NCBI GenBank assembly: GCA_051294375.1
Contig: CM119266.1
Location: forward strand, 25,924,907-25,981,642
DNA: 56,736 nt
Source: Paraspadella gotoi
Taxonomy: Eukaryota > Animalia > Chaetognatha
Direction: 5' to 3'
A program made the position numbers and the translations under genes. Shown here one piece after another: positions 36,560 to 50,899 of this stretch (position 1 is the first letter of the stretch; every line of letters starts with the position of its first letter). The notes below the pieces were generated by a model that saw only the letters and a program-made list of their open reading frames with translations, searched no databases and was not told where the DNA came from.

Positions 36560-38610
36560 ATAATAATGTCGAGGTAAATTGTTGACTTATTTTTATGAAA
36601 TTTTCATGTTAAACTCTTTTCCACAGGATGCACACATTCCGTCAAAACGTCTTCCCTATATCTAGCTTCCTTCACAACTTTCCTACCCCGCTCACAACAA
36701 ATTTCATCTCAATCTATTATGGGTTTAAAATAAAGTAACAAAGGATTCAAGTAAAGTGACTCATAATTTTTTCATTTAAACTTCATTTCCACGAGTACGT
36801 CCACGAAACTTTATATTCAAGCATCGATTTACACATTTTTCTATCGCGAGCAAACAAAAAACAAATGATTTAACTCAAATCTATCCATCCAATTATGATT
36901 AATAGGTACTTATTAGTTAAAATTAAGTAATTATTTTAGTAAATGCGACTTATGTTTTTTTCCACTTTAAAAAACTTCATTTCCACTCACCACGGATTGC
37001 TCCGTCGAAACTTTATATCCAGCTTTATCACACAACTATTCCTACCACACAGCAAAATTTCATTTCCAATCCAACCAGCAAATCACGAGTTATTTGAGCT
37101 TTTTGCTAAGGTTGTGGCGGACGGGATGGACGGAGTGATTGCACTGATTAAGTTAATTAATTTTATTAGATTAATTTGACTAATTGATTAATTAACTGAT
37201 TAATTATTTGATTTATTAATACATCCTGCATAGATCTTTAATATAAAAGGAAAAAGAATCATAATCAATTAGTGAAACAGGTTTTTTTTTCCATTTTAAA
37301 CTTCATTTCCACTCAAAAAGATTCATCGCAACTGTGGTTTGCCCTGTTTCAATCACACACTTTTCTACTCACATACAAATCGCAGTCTCCAAATCGATAA
37401 TTTAAGTGCGTATTAAGGCTTAACTTGCGTCAACTTGCATAATTTGTGAATTCAAACTTGCATTAATTTGGGTTCCAACTGACAAATTTGGGTGTTAACT
37501 GAGTCATAAACTTGGTCTTACTGAAGCATAATTTGGTCAACTGACATAATTTGATCCAATTGAGAAATTGGTCAAACGGCATAATTTGGTCAACTGGCAT
37601 AATTTATCAAACTGGCCTAAATTTGGTTCAACTGCATAATTTGGCCAACAGACCATAATTTGTGTTCAACTTGGCAGAACTTGATCGAAACTTGCAGAAT
37701 CTCTGGTCAACTGGCTTAATTTGTCAAACTTAAGGAATTTGTCAACTCGTATAATTTGGTCAATCAATCAATCAATCAATCAATCAAATCCAGAGAGAGA
37801 TAGAGAGAGAGAAACCTTTAAAAAATTCAAATAAATGTGTCTTTTTGGTTTTTCTAAATTTTGACTCTTTTCCACTCCTACGATTCCATCAAAAAAATTC
37901 GCTTAGTTATCCAGCTTTATCACATACTTTCCTACCCACACAACAAATTTTCATATTATGCGACATTTATCGGGTTATCCAATTTTAATAAACATAATAA
38001 TTATAGTAAAATTAAGTAAAAATATTCAAGTAATAGTCCAATGACTTTTGTTTTTTCCATTTTAACTCACTCTGTACCAGCCTCGCACGATTCCATGCGA
38101 AACTTTATTATCCAGCTCAATCACACACTTTCCTACCAGCATACAAAATTTCAAGTCAATTGCCCCTTATGCCACTCATGAAAGCAATTTGGCGTTTTCA
38201 AATAGTGAAATATATTTTTTGGTTTTTTGCATTTTTACATAACCCAATTTCCACTCGCACACATTCCCTACCAACAACTTCCACATGATCCATCTCATAT
38301 TCACACAGTTTCCTCCTACCCACACAACAAATTTTATACCAATCCATCCATCCAATTCACGAGTAATTTGGAGTTTTTTTGCTAAGGTGGGACGACGGAC
38401 GGGCGGAACGGACGGACGACGAACGGAACGGTCACGGACAGACAGAACAGACGACAAACGGACATCGTTTTTTTTGCATAATTAATCATAATTTGATGTC
38501 TGACATGATAGAGGTGTGTTGCCGACAAATATTGAGGGGGGCGGAACCGACCGGACCGACAAAGTGAGTTATTAGAGTCGGGATCTGCTGATAAGCAGAA
38601 TCCGACTAAA
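36560..38610 (+). mobile_element. Helentron/HINE (DINE-1-like) non-autonomous element with internal tandem subrepeats
   Basis: About seven diverged units containing AAACTTCATTTCCAC..TATCCAGCT..CACAC..TTTCCTACCCACACAACAAATTT. These are followed by a GACG/GACA microsatellite (38390-38462), then GACAAAGTGA, and a terminal stem-loop AGTCGGGATCTGCT-GATA-AGCAGAATCCGACT (38576-38607). This layout is typical of Helentron-derived elements. Confidence 0.5.
37420..37765. repeat. ~18-20 bp minisatellite (CATAATTTGGTCAACTGG-like)
   Basis: About 15 imperfect tandem copies, followed by (TCAA)n. Confidence 0.85.
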
Positions 38611-38914
38611 ACTTTTTTAAAAAGAACTCAAAGAAATTTATAAAAAAAAAAGTCGTTTATTAAAATGATTAGATCTTCATGTCAGATCCAAAAAATACAT
38701 TTCTTCGTGTCATACGTTCTTTGACTGTAAGTAAATCATTATTATCGAGCTTTAATTTTTCTATCAATATGCTCCAGTTCTGCGCAAATCATAACGGCTT
38801 TGATTCGTGGTTTGGGCAACAGAACTTTTGGATCATTACGCAAATGCAAGTTCTTACAGCGCAAAATTTGCAAATAGAGGAACGCACGATAAAAACGGCT
38901 CGTCTGTGTCTCGA

Positions 38915-40034
38915 CAGAGAAACTCCGCGAGGGTCAAGGTTCGGCCAATCTATATTCTCCTCATAACACACTCTTCCAAGGAACTCATGTGTTTCTCTGG
39001 TAGATTGTGATCGATGGTTTTTTGGTTTTTTATTATAAGTAAGAGGTTGCTTATTTTCTACCCCGTACATAATATGCAGTTGTTTGTTAAGTTCTAGTTA
39101 GTTGTAGCGTGTTTTGTTGTTATATCGGTCTAATGTTTTGTATGATAGTTTGTAGTGTTTTTGTATTGGAAGTTATTAGGTTCTTTCGCTTTTTAATTCG
39201 TAGAGAACTTTTCTCTTTGTGTCCTCGGTTTTGTTTGATGCTTATAATATTATATGACTTCGCTCCTATTGTCACGACAGTTACTTGATGGAAATTAAAC
39301 CGCACAATGTATATCGTACATACTCCTCACCTTTCCCTTCTCACTCAATTTGACTTCCTCGACCGACGATCGCCTTGTACTTCCATCACCGACGAGCCTT
39401 ATTCCTCATTTGCGCTTATTACCAAGATACGCCCCGAATTCGCCTACAACTCTCAAAGACATACATCCGATTCGACACCCGGCTCGGTCTCACCAGGATT
39501 GCCCCAGCACCGTCTCCGGACGACCGACTCACCGACGACGACGTTTGTTGTCGACACGGTGTTATTTAATAATACCCAACGACGTACGCAGGATAGGAGA
39601 GGAGCGAGGAGGAGGAGGAGGAGGAGCACACCTTTCGACTTTGTTGCTTTCTTTTGTTCGGGGACTTACGCTAAACCGTTTATACCGGGTGATTGTCATT
39701 GTCATTTGTTTTAATTTCATACAATTAATTTCAATTTCAGTTTCAATGACTGATTGATTCATTGATTGATCGGTTGATTTACTTATTTATGTATTTATGA
39801 AATTATTTGTTTTATGTAAATTTGTAATTTACTTGTTTCACTATTTTCTAACTTTATATTTTATGAAGGATTTACTATTTAATTTATATTCTTTAAATAT
39901 ATATGTATTGCTTTCTTTAAAAAAATTTAATTATGTGTTATTCATTCCCTGATTATTTTTTACTCATTCAATATATGTTTCTCGATATCATATCCATCAA
40001 TCCAATCTTACTCACCAATCATCCACCCGATCTC
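38915..40034 (+). other. Indel-rich redundant copy of the FMO exon 1 end, intron 1, exon 2 and intron 2, placed upstream of FMO exon 1
   Basis: 38915-39305 duplicates 40200-40575. 39340-39688 encodes degraded FMO exon 2 (YIRFDTR..FDFVAF.CSGTYAKPFIP). 39900-40034 matches the reverse complement of ~41640-41790. The segment ends at a gap. Confidence 0.75.
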
Positions 40035-40061
40035 NNNNNNNNNNAATTTTGAAGAAACGAA

Positions 40062-41019
40062 ATGGCGTCTCCCCGTCGGAAACGAGTGGGCGTGGTCGGC
40101 GCGGGCGTGTCCGGATTGGCGGCGCTGAAGCAATGTCTCGACGCAGGTCTGGAACCCACGGCCTTCGAGCGACATTCTCGACTCGGCGGCGTCTGGGTCT
40201 TCGACGAGAAACTCCGCGAGGGTCAAGGGTCGGCCATCTATGATTCTCTCATAACCAACTCTTCCAAGGAACTCATGTGTTTCTCGGGTAGATTGGATCG
40301 ATGGTTTTTGGTTTTTTTATTATAGTAGAGGTTGCTTATTTTCTTACCCCGTACATATATTGCAGTTGTTTTTGTAGTTTTTAGTTTTTGTAGGTGTTTT
40401 GTTGTCATGGTAATTTTTTGTAGTAGAAGTTGTAGTTGTTTTTTAGTATTTGGAGTTATAGTTTCTTTCCTTTTTTAATTCGAAGAGAACTTTTTCTCTT
40501 TTGTCTCGGTTTTGTTTGATGCTTATGTAATATTATATGTATGTACCGATAGTTGAATTGGAAATTAAACGCACATTATNNNNNNNNNNNNNNNNNNNNN
40601 NNNNCATGCAAACATTTTTCTAATCGATCCCCAAATCAATCCATTCCATCCAACCAACCTCTTCCAGCTAAAGATCGCTCATCCCATCTCGTCAGTTGAT
40701 CATAGTGTTTCCCTTGAAAGAGCGGGCGCGTCGACTTCATTACCTAAGTTGCCGGTGACCGGAGTTGCCGTCCGGACGATGCGACCGCCCGAGCGGTGGA
40801 GCGGGAACGACGATTTCAGGGGAGACCAGTCCCTGGACAGAAAACGCGTCTGGGCGATCATGTCGACGGGTGCTGGAGGGAACTCTCTGAGAGGAGGGGT
40901 GTGAAAGGTTGAAGGGGGGGTTGCTGTTCGTGTTCGGTGAAGTCGCAATACAGAACGAGCGAGAGAGAGAGAGAGAGAGAGAGAAGAGAGAGACAGAGAG
41001 AAGAGAGAGAAGAGGAGAG

Positions 41020-41055
<36 letters not shown>

Positions 41056-43800
41056 AGAGAGAAGAAGAAACAGTGTCCGAGTAATAAAAGGAAACCGCCA
41101 TAGGACAATTGGTTTTGAAATAAAGAAAAACAATTAGAATTAACACATATTCAATCAAATCTTATGACTACCCGCACTAGCCAGCTGCTGTCACCCCTGG
41201 GGACCCAACTTATCTCCCGTATCACACAGTCCACTGTCTCCCCCATCACCCCAGTCCACCGCTGCCTCCCTAGCAACCAGAATGGTGTGCAATAGTTATT
41301 GACGAATGACCTGTAGATACAGCAACAGCTGTGTCATAGCAGACGCCGACGAGGGAGACACACGCCTTAGCTCGCGCGAGCGCAGGCAGCAACAACCAGG
41401 GTGCACAGCCGAGAGGTGCTTAACGTGCGCGGAGCAAGACTTCGTCGGGCCCCATGCGAAGAACGTCGACGGGCCGACGGATCGCCATACATTGCCGAGT
41501 TTCGGAGGGCGCTCCGTTATAACCACGACAACGACGCCGCGCCCGGAAGTCGGCCGCCGACGCCGGAATCGGTGTTGGAGTGAAGGACGCGCGACCGGAG
41601 AAACGTAGGAGAGGCCCGGGTAGTCCCGGGGAGAAGGGCATCGGGTGGATGAATGGTGAGTTAGATGGATTTGATGGATAATGATATCAGAAACATAATA
41701 TTGAATCCCTCAATGAAATGAAGGTAAAAAAGTAATCAGTGGATGATACACACAATAACTTAAATTTATTTTAAGAAAAGCAATACAATATGCCATCTGC
41801 TTTACAATCCTCGCAGTCAGATAAAAAAACTAGTTTTTTCCAGTATGGTTCAGTTACTATTACAAAATAAATTTAAATGCCCCATAAAGAATTATAGGGC
41901 AAAATAACGGATTAGTTAAAAACCCATACTCCATGCATTCTAATCATGATAAGAGTAAAACATCTTTTGGCAACTTTTAAGGAAAAAAAAATCATGTGCA
42001 TTTTTGTCCATTTTCCACATTTCGACGTGCTTTCAAATTGAATGCCAGGAAAAGTTGAAAAAATTTTATTTGGAAATTCGCTTTCTCTTTCCTTACTACT
42101 CTACAACTCCCTGAGTATTTCCTTATATCATCTCATAGTCAACTTTATAAATAATTTGAAAGTTACAAGTCCAAAAAGTCGCAGTATTTATATTTTTATT
42201 ATAATTTTATAAACAAAAGTTTAAAATTGGCTTAACTAACAGAAAATATAGCCCAACAGAAATATAGCTTTTAAACATACCTACAAAATGTATCAAAAAG
42301 AGAACTCATTCTTTAGCCATATAATTATTTTTAAAACCGACAAAATTGTGACTATTTTTGTGACTTGCATTATTTAATAAAGATAAGAATTTAAATTTAT
42401 TTTATAGTTACAGTTTGAGATAGAGCGAGAGAATGTTGGAGAATAGAATTTGGGAGGCTGGAGGATACAACCGGGGGATGGTTAAAAGATAAAATAGAAA
42501 ATAGAATAGAAAGATAGTAAAAGATGGAATATAAAGGGATATAAAGGGATGGTCACAAATTCTTCTGCAAAAAGTAGAAGTAACGAAAAGTGATGTTCAC
42601 CGTTGAGTAACCGCGTCATGAAAACGGCCCACAACAATTCTCAGGTGAAAGCGAAACCGAATATCGCGAGATTCACGAAAAACGGAATCGAATTCGAAGA
42701 TGGAACCAAAACGGAGAAAGTCGACGCCGTCATTTTTGCCACAGGGTAAGTTAGAGAACCACGAAATTTGTTTCGGTTTTTGAGCTCTTTCTAATCCGTA
42801 ATTAAAAGACGCTATATCATAATACGAATGAAAATCATCATCCGAATGAAAATCATCATCCGAATGAAAATTAAAATAATTTCTGTTCCTCCAGCTACAT
42901 TCCGACGTGGTCGTACATGGACCAAAGTCTCGTTCCTTCCGGATACGAAAACATGGATCTCTTCGAACACGTGTTCCCGCCAAAGTTGGGACGGAATCCG
43001 ACGCTGGCCGTCATCGGAGGCATTTCTTGTTTGGGTGAGTGGACGAGATTGTTGATGGAAAGGGCTGCTGATGTGACTGTAACCTTTTGGGAAGTACTAG
43101 ATAATTAATATATTAAAATTTAAATTTTAATGATAATTAAACCATTGAATTTGGAATAGTAATGCGACGTTCTTTATTCAACTTTAGCACCACAACGGTT
43201 TTTTACATTAATCTTTATTACTTATCGCCTTCCCAGGCGCCCATGGTCCAGTATTCGAGCTTCAATGCCGCTGGGCGACGCGAGTTTTCACTCGTAAAAC
43301 CCGGCTGCCTCCCCCGGATGTTATGGCGGACAGCGTCCAACGACAGAAGGAGAGACTGAGGACAATGTACGGAAAGCTCAAGTACTTGTTGCCCTCAGTC
43401 GCGTACATGGAGAAACTGGCCGATCACGTGGGATGCAGACCGAATTTAGGAAGGCTGCTGCTGTCGGATCCCGCCTTGGCGATAAAGTTAGTCAATGAAG
43501 ACTATCGAATTTATTTTTAAACCACTGAATAAACAGTACTCCAATCAAAACGAAGAGCAAGCTGATAACCTTTTATTAAATTTTAACACGAATATGAAAT
43601 CCGCAAATTCTTTTACCAGAGTTCTCTTCGGTCCTTGTCTCCCTCCCACCTACCGNNNNNNNNNNNNNNNNNNNNNNNNNCGGATTGACGTCAGCTGCGC
43701 GTCCGTGCTGCGCCGCGAAAGCGCTGGGCCTGCCGTCGCTGCCGCCGCCACCGTAGGCCTGTCCGCAGACTCGTACCGTAACTTGGATTCTTTCTTTTAA
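40062..43800 (+). CDS. FMO: Flavin-containing monooxygenase (FMO1-5 family), fragmented in this assembly
   Basis: Exon 40062-40287 reads [62 protein letters not shown] (FAD-binding GxGxxG). Later exons: 42645-42745 ([34 protein letters not shown]), 42895-43034 ([20 protein letters not shown]), 43237-43486 ([40 protein letters not shown]) and 43620- ([12 protein letters not shown]). The middle exons are displaced or inverted, and the 3' end is interrupted by a gap. Confidence 0.9.
40640..41790 (-). other. Middle FMO exons in inverted orientation (noisy sequence)
   Basis: Minus strand ~41640-41410 reads [29 protein letters not shown] (FMO-identifying FxGxxxHS motif and NADPH-binding region). 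Minus strand ~40870-40660 reads [25 protein letters not shown] (the PTLNDDL region of FMOs). The segment starts right after the 40580-40604 gap. Confidence 0.65.
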
Positions 43801-43866
43801 CTCTTGTTTCTCATTCTTCACGCGAAGTCCTTCACCATTTATTAGTTTTCGGAGAGAGAGAGAGAG

Positions 43867-43917
<51 letters not shown>

Positions 43918-43940
43918 GAGGAATAAGATGAGGAGAGAGA

Positions 43941-44009
<69 letters not shown>

Positions 44010-46740
44010 GATAGGAAGAGAGAGAAGAGAGAGAGAACTAAAAAGAAGAATGAAGGAAAGATTAAATACTTTTCAAATAAAGCAGGAGGAGAATAAATGT
44101 GAGTTTCTGGTCAAAATCTCTACTCTGGTTCAAAATCACTTTAATGGAGAAGGAGAAAAGGTCTTTTATCTCAAGTGAATGAATAGAAGAAAGTTTGAGG
44201 GAGAAGAAGAAAAAGAAAAAAAGGAGAAAATATAGAAAGGAGAGAAGAAAGAAAAGGGGGATGAACTCGATCTAAGAAAAGAGAAGTTGAAGGAGCAAGG
44301 AGGAAAGATTGAGAAAAAAATACAGGTGGGTCGGAGAAAGGAAAAAAGTCAATAAGGGGCATGTGCTCCAAACCGCAACCGCTTTAAAAAATCTATTAAA
44401 AAAAGTTGAAAAAAAGCTTAAAGCTATATAGAATAAATGCGAGAAAAGAACGTGACCGTGGCTCGAGAAATTGATTTTGTGAGTTTACTTTTGTTTTAAA
44501 CTTTAAAGCCCTTAATTCAGAAGTTATCGAGGATAGATGAAGTTTTATAGTTGTTACTCTCGTTATCCGTTCCGGTTTGGGAAGAGGCATTGAACCCAAA
44601 CTTTGGGCAAGCATATAGTTGCTGCTGACAAAAATCGGGGAATGAACTTTAAAAAGAAACCATAAGCTTCAAAAATCAAACTGCTAATAAAGTTTTATTA
44701 TTTTTATTATTATTTATAATTACATTGATATTATGTCTATAATCGTATTTATTATTCTATTTTTTCTGCATAAACTAGTTTTCTGAATTATATAGACGTT
44801 ACATTAAACCGATAATATCAATTAATGGAAGTCAACAGAATAAATTAGTAAACATTTAAGACGTTTATGAGGAAAGTAAAATCGAAGTCAGAACAACAAG
44901 AACCGCAGCTGTGAAGGAGGGGAAAAAATACTCCCCAAATGAAGAAGATTTTGCCCGACTCCAAGCCATGAACGTCTCTACTTAGTGACAGCCTCGTTCC
45001 ATACATCGATTTGGAAAGAAAAAAAAAAACACCCGGGCGCGGAGCGAAGCATACCAAAGAAAACCGGTTTTCACGGACCAACGCGTTCGCGTTCAAGCTC
45101 AAGACTTTTGATCCGGACGTTCGCTTTGTTGGAGAAAACGTTCACGGTTTGTAAGTTTAATGGTTTGGTGGTAAATATATAATGGTATGGAATTGGTACA
45201 AAATAGAAATTATCCATTCATTAATAATAACTTAATAAGCTTTATTTACCCTGATTTGGGACAGGCTTTTGTGAGTTTATAGGCTCTCACTCTTAAAAGA
45301 TAATAAGTGTGTATATATAATGCTGTGTCGTTTCTGTTTTAATCTGTTTTTAAAATCCAGTGGCTGCGTCTTTATGTACAATACAAAATGCTTTCGGTTA
45401 AAAACAGGATGGAAAATCTTGGAGACCAAATTCTGATGAAATTATAATGATAGGTTAAGTAGAATGATAAAAATTGCTGAATTAGTAAGGTACGCTAAAA
45501 ATGACAAACTAAAAAAAATTGCAGTGAGCAAAGCGGCGGCCGCCCTGGGAAAAAAAAAAAAATAAGCAAGGTCATTTCCGTTCGTTCCTCTCCGTTCGCG
45601 ACGACATGAACGGAAACGCGTTACGGTCCTTTTATCGTTTCTGACGAGAATACAGAACATTTCTCCACAAGTCAGCCTTCAGTGCGAGCTGTTGTTGTTG
45701 TGTTTGTTGTTTGATTGTTTTTCGCGATTTTTTGTTTGTTTGTTGGAAGCTTAAAACAAAACGTAGTCGAAAATCGGTGGAGATTTGTTGTTGAATTGTT
45801 AAACGTTCAGAGAGCAGTTCGGAAGAGAGGTTCGGAATCAGTTCTTTTACACTGTTAGTTGATTTCGAATTACGTTGGTTGAATTCGCTGAAAGAATTAA
45901 TTCGAAACGCGACGGAAGATTTTAGGGGAGGAGGAAGAGAAAATGACGGCGGGCGCGGTGGCGTCTCGGGCAGCACCTTGTGAGCGTTGTTGGAAGGAAA
46001 GATGTGATGTGGAGTAGAAAGAGATTTATAAAAAACATGTTTTATTTAAATAAAAATCAAACTTTATGTAGAAAAATCGTAATTTTTATATTTATCGTTT
46101 CATTTCTAAATTATTGTAATTCTTGACTCAATAGTCTTGCTTGTCGAGATAAATTATTTCAAGGGAGCACTGGGTCGCGGAATCAATTTCGAGACAAAAA
46201 GAAGCAAAAACCCTAAATTTTCCGAAGATGCTTTCGTTTTTCCTTTTCTTTATTAGTCTCATTTTTTTCCTTTTTTCGGTCGTCAGCTTTTCGTCGTAGT
46301 AATTGTCGTCGTCGCGTCGTCGTCGTCGATAAGCTTTTTTGTATTTGCGCGAATGTCACTCGTGTGCATCGTCGTTGTCGTTGTAGTTTGTTGTCATCGA
46401 CATCGTTTTCCTGTCGTGTGAACATTTCGTCGTCGTCGTCTCGTCGTCGACGACGTATCGTCTCTGTGGTTAAAACTAAAAGATGGAGATTCTAATGCAA
46501 GATGGCGGACCGAGAGGAAAAGAGACAGGAAAAGTAGGGAAGTTTTTTTAAGTTTTTTTTTTTTGCAAGAAATTAAAAACGTAAAAATGTAAGTCGAGTG
46601 GAGAGAGTTTGTTACTGAGAGAATGAAAAAAAAGAGTAAGGATGGAAACGAGTAAGAGGGAGAAAGAGAGAGAGAGAGAGCAGAGAGAAGAGAGAGGAGA
46701 GAGAGAGAGAGAGAGAGGAGCGATGAGAGGAGGAGAGGAG

Positions 46741-46772
<32 letters not shown>

Positions 46773-47659
46773 AGAGAGAGAATGAGAGAGAGAGAGAGAG
46801 TGAGAAAGAGAGAGAGAGAGACAGAGACGATAGGGCAGAGGTCGAATGAACGAGAACCGAATCGTAAAGTTGACGTTTTGGTTCGGAAGAAATATAGATG
46901 GTTGGAAGACATAGCAATTCGGTTTCGTCCTTTGAAATTCTCCTCGGTCTGGTGGTTGCAGTGTCGGCAATGGTGGATCGAGGTGGGGATGGGATGGTAG
47001 CGACGGCGGCGGGATGAGTGGTTCGTGGCGGTGTCTATAAGTTGTTCCAGTAGCGTGGCAGGTTGTTGTTTCGGTGATCGGTTGCACTCAAATGAGTGAA
47101 AGATTTTCGATGGCAAATAGAAAAGGAATGGAAAACAGGTTTGGACTGTTTTGGTGAGTCGTCCCGCGAAGATAAGGAAAATCGTTTTACAGGAAAAAGA
47201 CGGGTCGTCGAATGTGGGAATATCGGCGTAATTGGTTCGGGCCTAGAAGCGGATGATCGCAAGTGGACTGTTCTAACTTGTTTGGTTTTTTGATCATAAT
47301 CAAAGCAAAGCTACAGACATTTAGTAGGTACATATGGGTTAGGGTTTTTTTTAATTCTGGATTCGTCCTTTTCGGATAACATCTCCGTTGGCGTTTAATT
47401 AGTGTCAACAATCACGAATGGTCCCGAAAGCTATAGAGATAGAGCGGCGCCGAGGAGATACTGGGAGATCATCGTCCCGCTAAGCAGACGTCGTCCGCAT
47501 GGAAGAGATATAATTCTTTTGAGTCGAAGAAATTTTTTTTTCTTTTCAAACCATAAGGGAAAAACGGTGGATGATTATTCGCACGGGGGAAAAGGTTCCA
47601 ATTTCTTCCAGGGAATACCTCGTCGTTCGTCGTGTCGTCGTCGTGTCGTCGTCGTCGGT

Positions 47660-47697
<38 letters not shown>

Positions 47698-48807
47698 GTC
47701 GTCCGTCGTGGTGAGGGTATAACTTTGTCGTCTTCTTTGTCTTCGTCTTCATTGGTTCGTTCTTTCGGTTCGTCGTTATAATCATCGTCATCGTATATAT
47801 GATCATTCATCTATCGGCAGTTTAAACGCGTCTTGAGAATAAATCCGTCAGAAGAGACGCGCCGAGTTTGACGCGCAACAGGTTTGTTCTCGTCGGCGCC
47901 GCGGGCGCGCGCGTCGCGCATGGAGAGAAGAACGATCGTATATGGATTTCTCTGGATAAAATCGAGCCGCGAGGAAGGGGGGGGGGGCGCGGGGGCGGGG
48001 GAGTGGAAGGTAGTGGCGGGAGTGACGAAGTGTAAAACGGAGAATAGCGTTGCGTTCATGATGTCGGCGAGCGTACACCGTTGACTCCAACGGTGGGGTT
48101 CATTTACGGTCAGTTACGGCGATCGCCGGTATAATTCGGAAGACGAAGGATTTGCGAACGACCCCGTCGAGGGAACGCTGATCCGACGCTGAATGAGCTG
48201 AATCGACGTGATGGCGAATTGGATTAAGACCGGAAGAATTTGATTAAAGCGCCGTCGAACCGGAAGAGAGATAATATGATCGCCCCCGGGCCGACCATCC
48301 TCTGCACTCGACGCACAAGTAAATTTTCTCCCGCCCCAAATAAACAAAAGGATTGCGACGAAAGGGAGATGAGAAAAATATTTGTGACAGAAACGAAACG
48401 GGAATTGAGAAAGAGAATGAGTTGTTTTCGTTTTGTCAAGAAATGTTAAATCGAGACAGAACTTTTTGCTGAGAAGCTTGATGTTATCTCGTTTTCGCAA
48501 AGTCGACTCTCGTGACCGAGCGAGATACGAAGACAATGAGGATGCCGAGGACGACGACGGATTTGAGACGACGACGTACGGCCACCAGTTGGGAATTTCG
48601 CTGAATGGCGTTTATCGATATCATCTTCGCGGAGAAGTAGACATAATGCCAGTCTTGCTAGTTTATGTTTGGAAAGTCTTTCAATTTGTTGTCAAACGGA
48701 CAAACCGCGTAGAGACAGATTGAGTGACTGTCCGTTGATTAATAAACTGTCACAAAATTGAGAGAAATAAAAACTCTGATAGATAAGTGATATAAAAAGA
48801 CCAGTAG

Positions 48808-48852
<45 letters not shown>

Positions 48853-48856
48853 AGAG

Positions 48857-48896
<40 letters not shown>

Positions 48897-50066
48897 CGGG
48901 CGGTGCTTGAGGGTTCGACCTGCGTGTTGGGCTGGGGTGTAATACATTGCGAGAGAGCGAGTAGCGTTGTGTTTGTGTGAAAAACGTATGTTTTAGAGAG
49001 AAAAGAAAGAGAAACAAGGAGCAGATGTCACTTCGACGCTTTTTTAATACTCAGGAGTTTAAATTATGTTGAATATGATGTAGATGGTTATTGATTGATA
49101 TGATTAACCTAAGATCGTCGCATCGGCAGGGACAATCTCGGTTTCGGCTTCTTTCTAAGTTTATTTTTATCTTTTGTTGTATGGATTTTAACGATGTAAA
49201 AGTAAAATTTTATTGTCAAAAAATGTTATAATAACGAGTCAAAACCAGCCAAGTAAAAAATATTCGTCGCGGTCTAACTCCGCGTCGACGAAGTAAAAAA
49301 AAAAAAGAACAGAAAACGAAGACTAAAAAAAATATCTACTGAAGGAGAAGTTGAAGTCAACCTCGAGATAATTCAGACAGCTCTCTCATTAAAAAAAAAG
49401 AACAGTGAGAGCTGTTCGGTTGAGCAGGCGGACAACGAGACGCAGGTGTGCGATGCGGAAAAAGTAAAAAGAGGCTGGGATTTTTTTTTTTGGATTGGAG
49501 TTTGATGCGAAGGAGGGACACGAAGAGTAGGCTTTTAACGGCGCAGAGACGATGGCCGGTAATCCTGAGAGTACGCAAGGCGCAGTGAGCTTTTTTTTAA
49601 GCGTTGTATAAATATTGAATGTGTTAGAAGACAGGGTTGCGCGAGAGAGCGAGAGAGAGAGAGCGAGGGAGAAGAGAGAGAGAAGAGAGAGAGGGAGAGA
49701 GCGAGAGAGGAGAGAGAGTGAGAGAGACTGGCGGCGTCTAAGCGTGAGCGGGAAATCTGCGTAAAACGCCCTCCTCGCCGAAACAAAAATTCACAAGGAA
49801 ATAAAGAATAAAAATTTACCCTAAATAAAAACATAAAAAAAATAAAAAAAAAACAAAAAGAAAAGAAGAAAAAGTTTTGAGAGATGGTTGTTCGAAGAGC
49901 GAGAAAGTGATGATATTTCGATCAAACCATTTTCGTTGGCGTTTTCGGCCAAATGTTTCGTGAAAATGTTGTTTTTTTATTCTCCAAAAACCGCCACTAA
50001 TCGACGAAAACAAACAAGAAAAAGGAACATAATCATCATGAGAGTCGAGCACTTCTCTCTTCTTCT

Positions 50067-50120
<54 letters not shown>

Positions 50121-50899
50121 TCTCTTCTGTCTCTCAATTTCTTTCTCTTTCTTTGTTTTTAATTTTCTCTCGCTCTCTTTCCAACTGCAAAAACTTCTCT
50201 CTTTTGGTTCGTCTAAAATAACAATAATCAAGATAACAAAACAAAATCAATAGCAGGATTTATATTATTTTTATATCTTCCTTCCTAATAAATTATAACG
50301 GACAAAAAGAAAATAAATAAATATAACTAGTGTTTTTATTACCGACGCACTCATCCCTCAATTTTATTTATTTTCTCGAAAAAAAAAAGTTTTACTGTTT
50401 CTCAAAGGCTCAATGTTCAAAGCCCATCCTATGTATTTCCGCATCTCTTTTAATAATAAGTCTAATTTCCTTCCTTCCTCCCCTCCCACTCCCCACTCCC
50501 CATCCCCTTCCCCGTCACCCGTCCCCCATTTCTCCAAATAAAATCAATTGAATCCCCTTAAAGTCTTTACCAAATTACGAAAGAGGATCCGACTTTTTTG
50601 TTAATTAGTTGAAGAATATTAGATAAAAAAAGTAGAGAGAGAAAGAGAGAAAAAAACGATCATCGTTGTCAAGGTAACGCGAGGGCTGAACCGTCGTTCT
50701 ACTGGGAGTCCTAAGACGTTTTAGCTTCGTACGAGGAAAACAATAACACGTCACAATTAAATGAACCAAGATCATTTTCGAAGTTTTAAAATTAACAAAA
50801 CAAAAAGATTAAAGAACTTCGCTAAAATTGTATGAGGTAAGCGCATCGGAGCTGACTAGACATTTCGATGCTCTACAGGTTGGGTACATTTATCTAGTC

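Noticed and set aside
37420-37765. CRISPR-like array
   Set aside because: The repeats are contiguous with no unique spacers, and the context is eukaryotic. It is a minisatellite.
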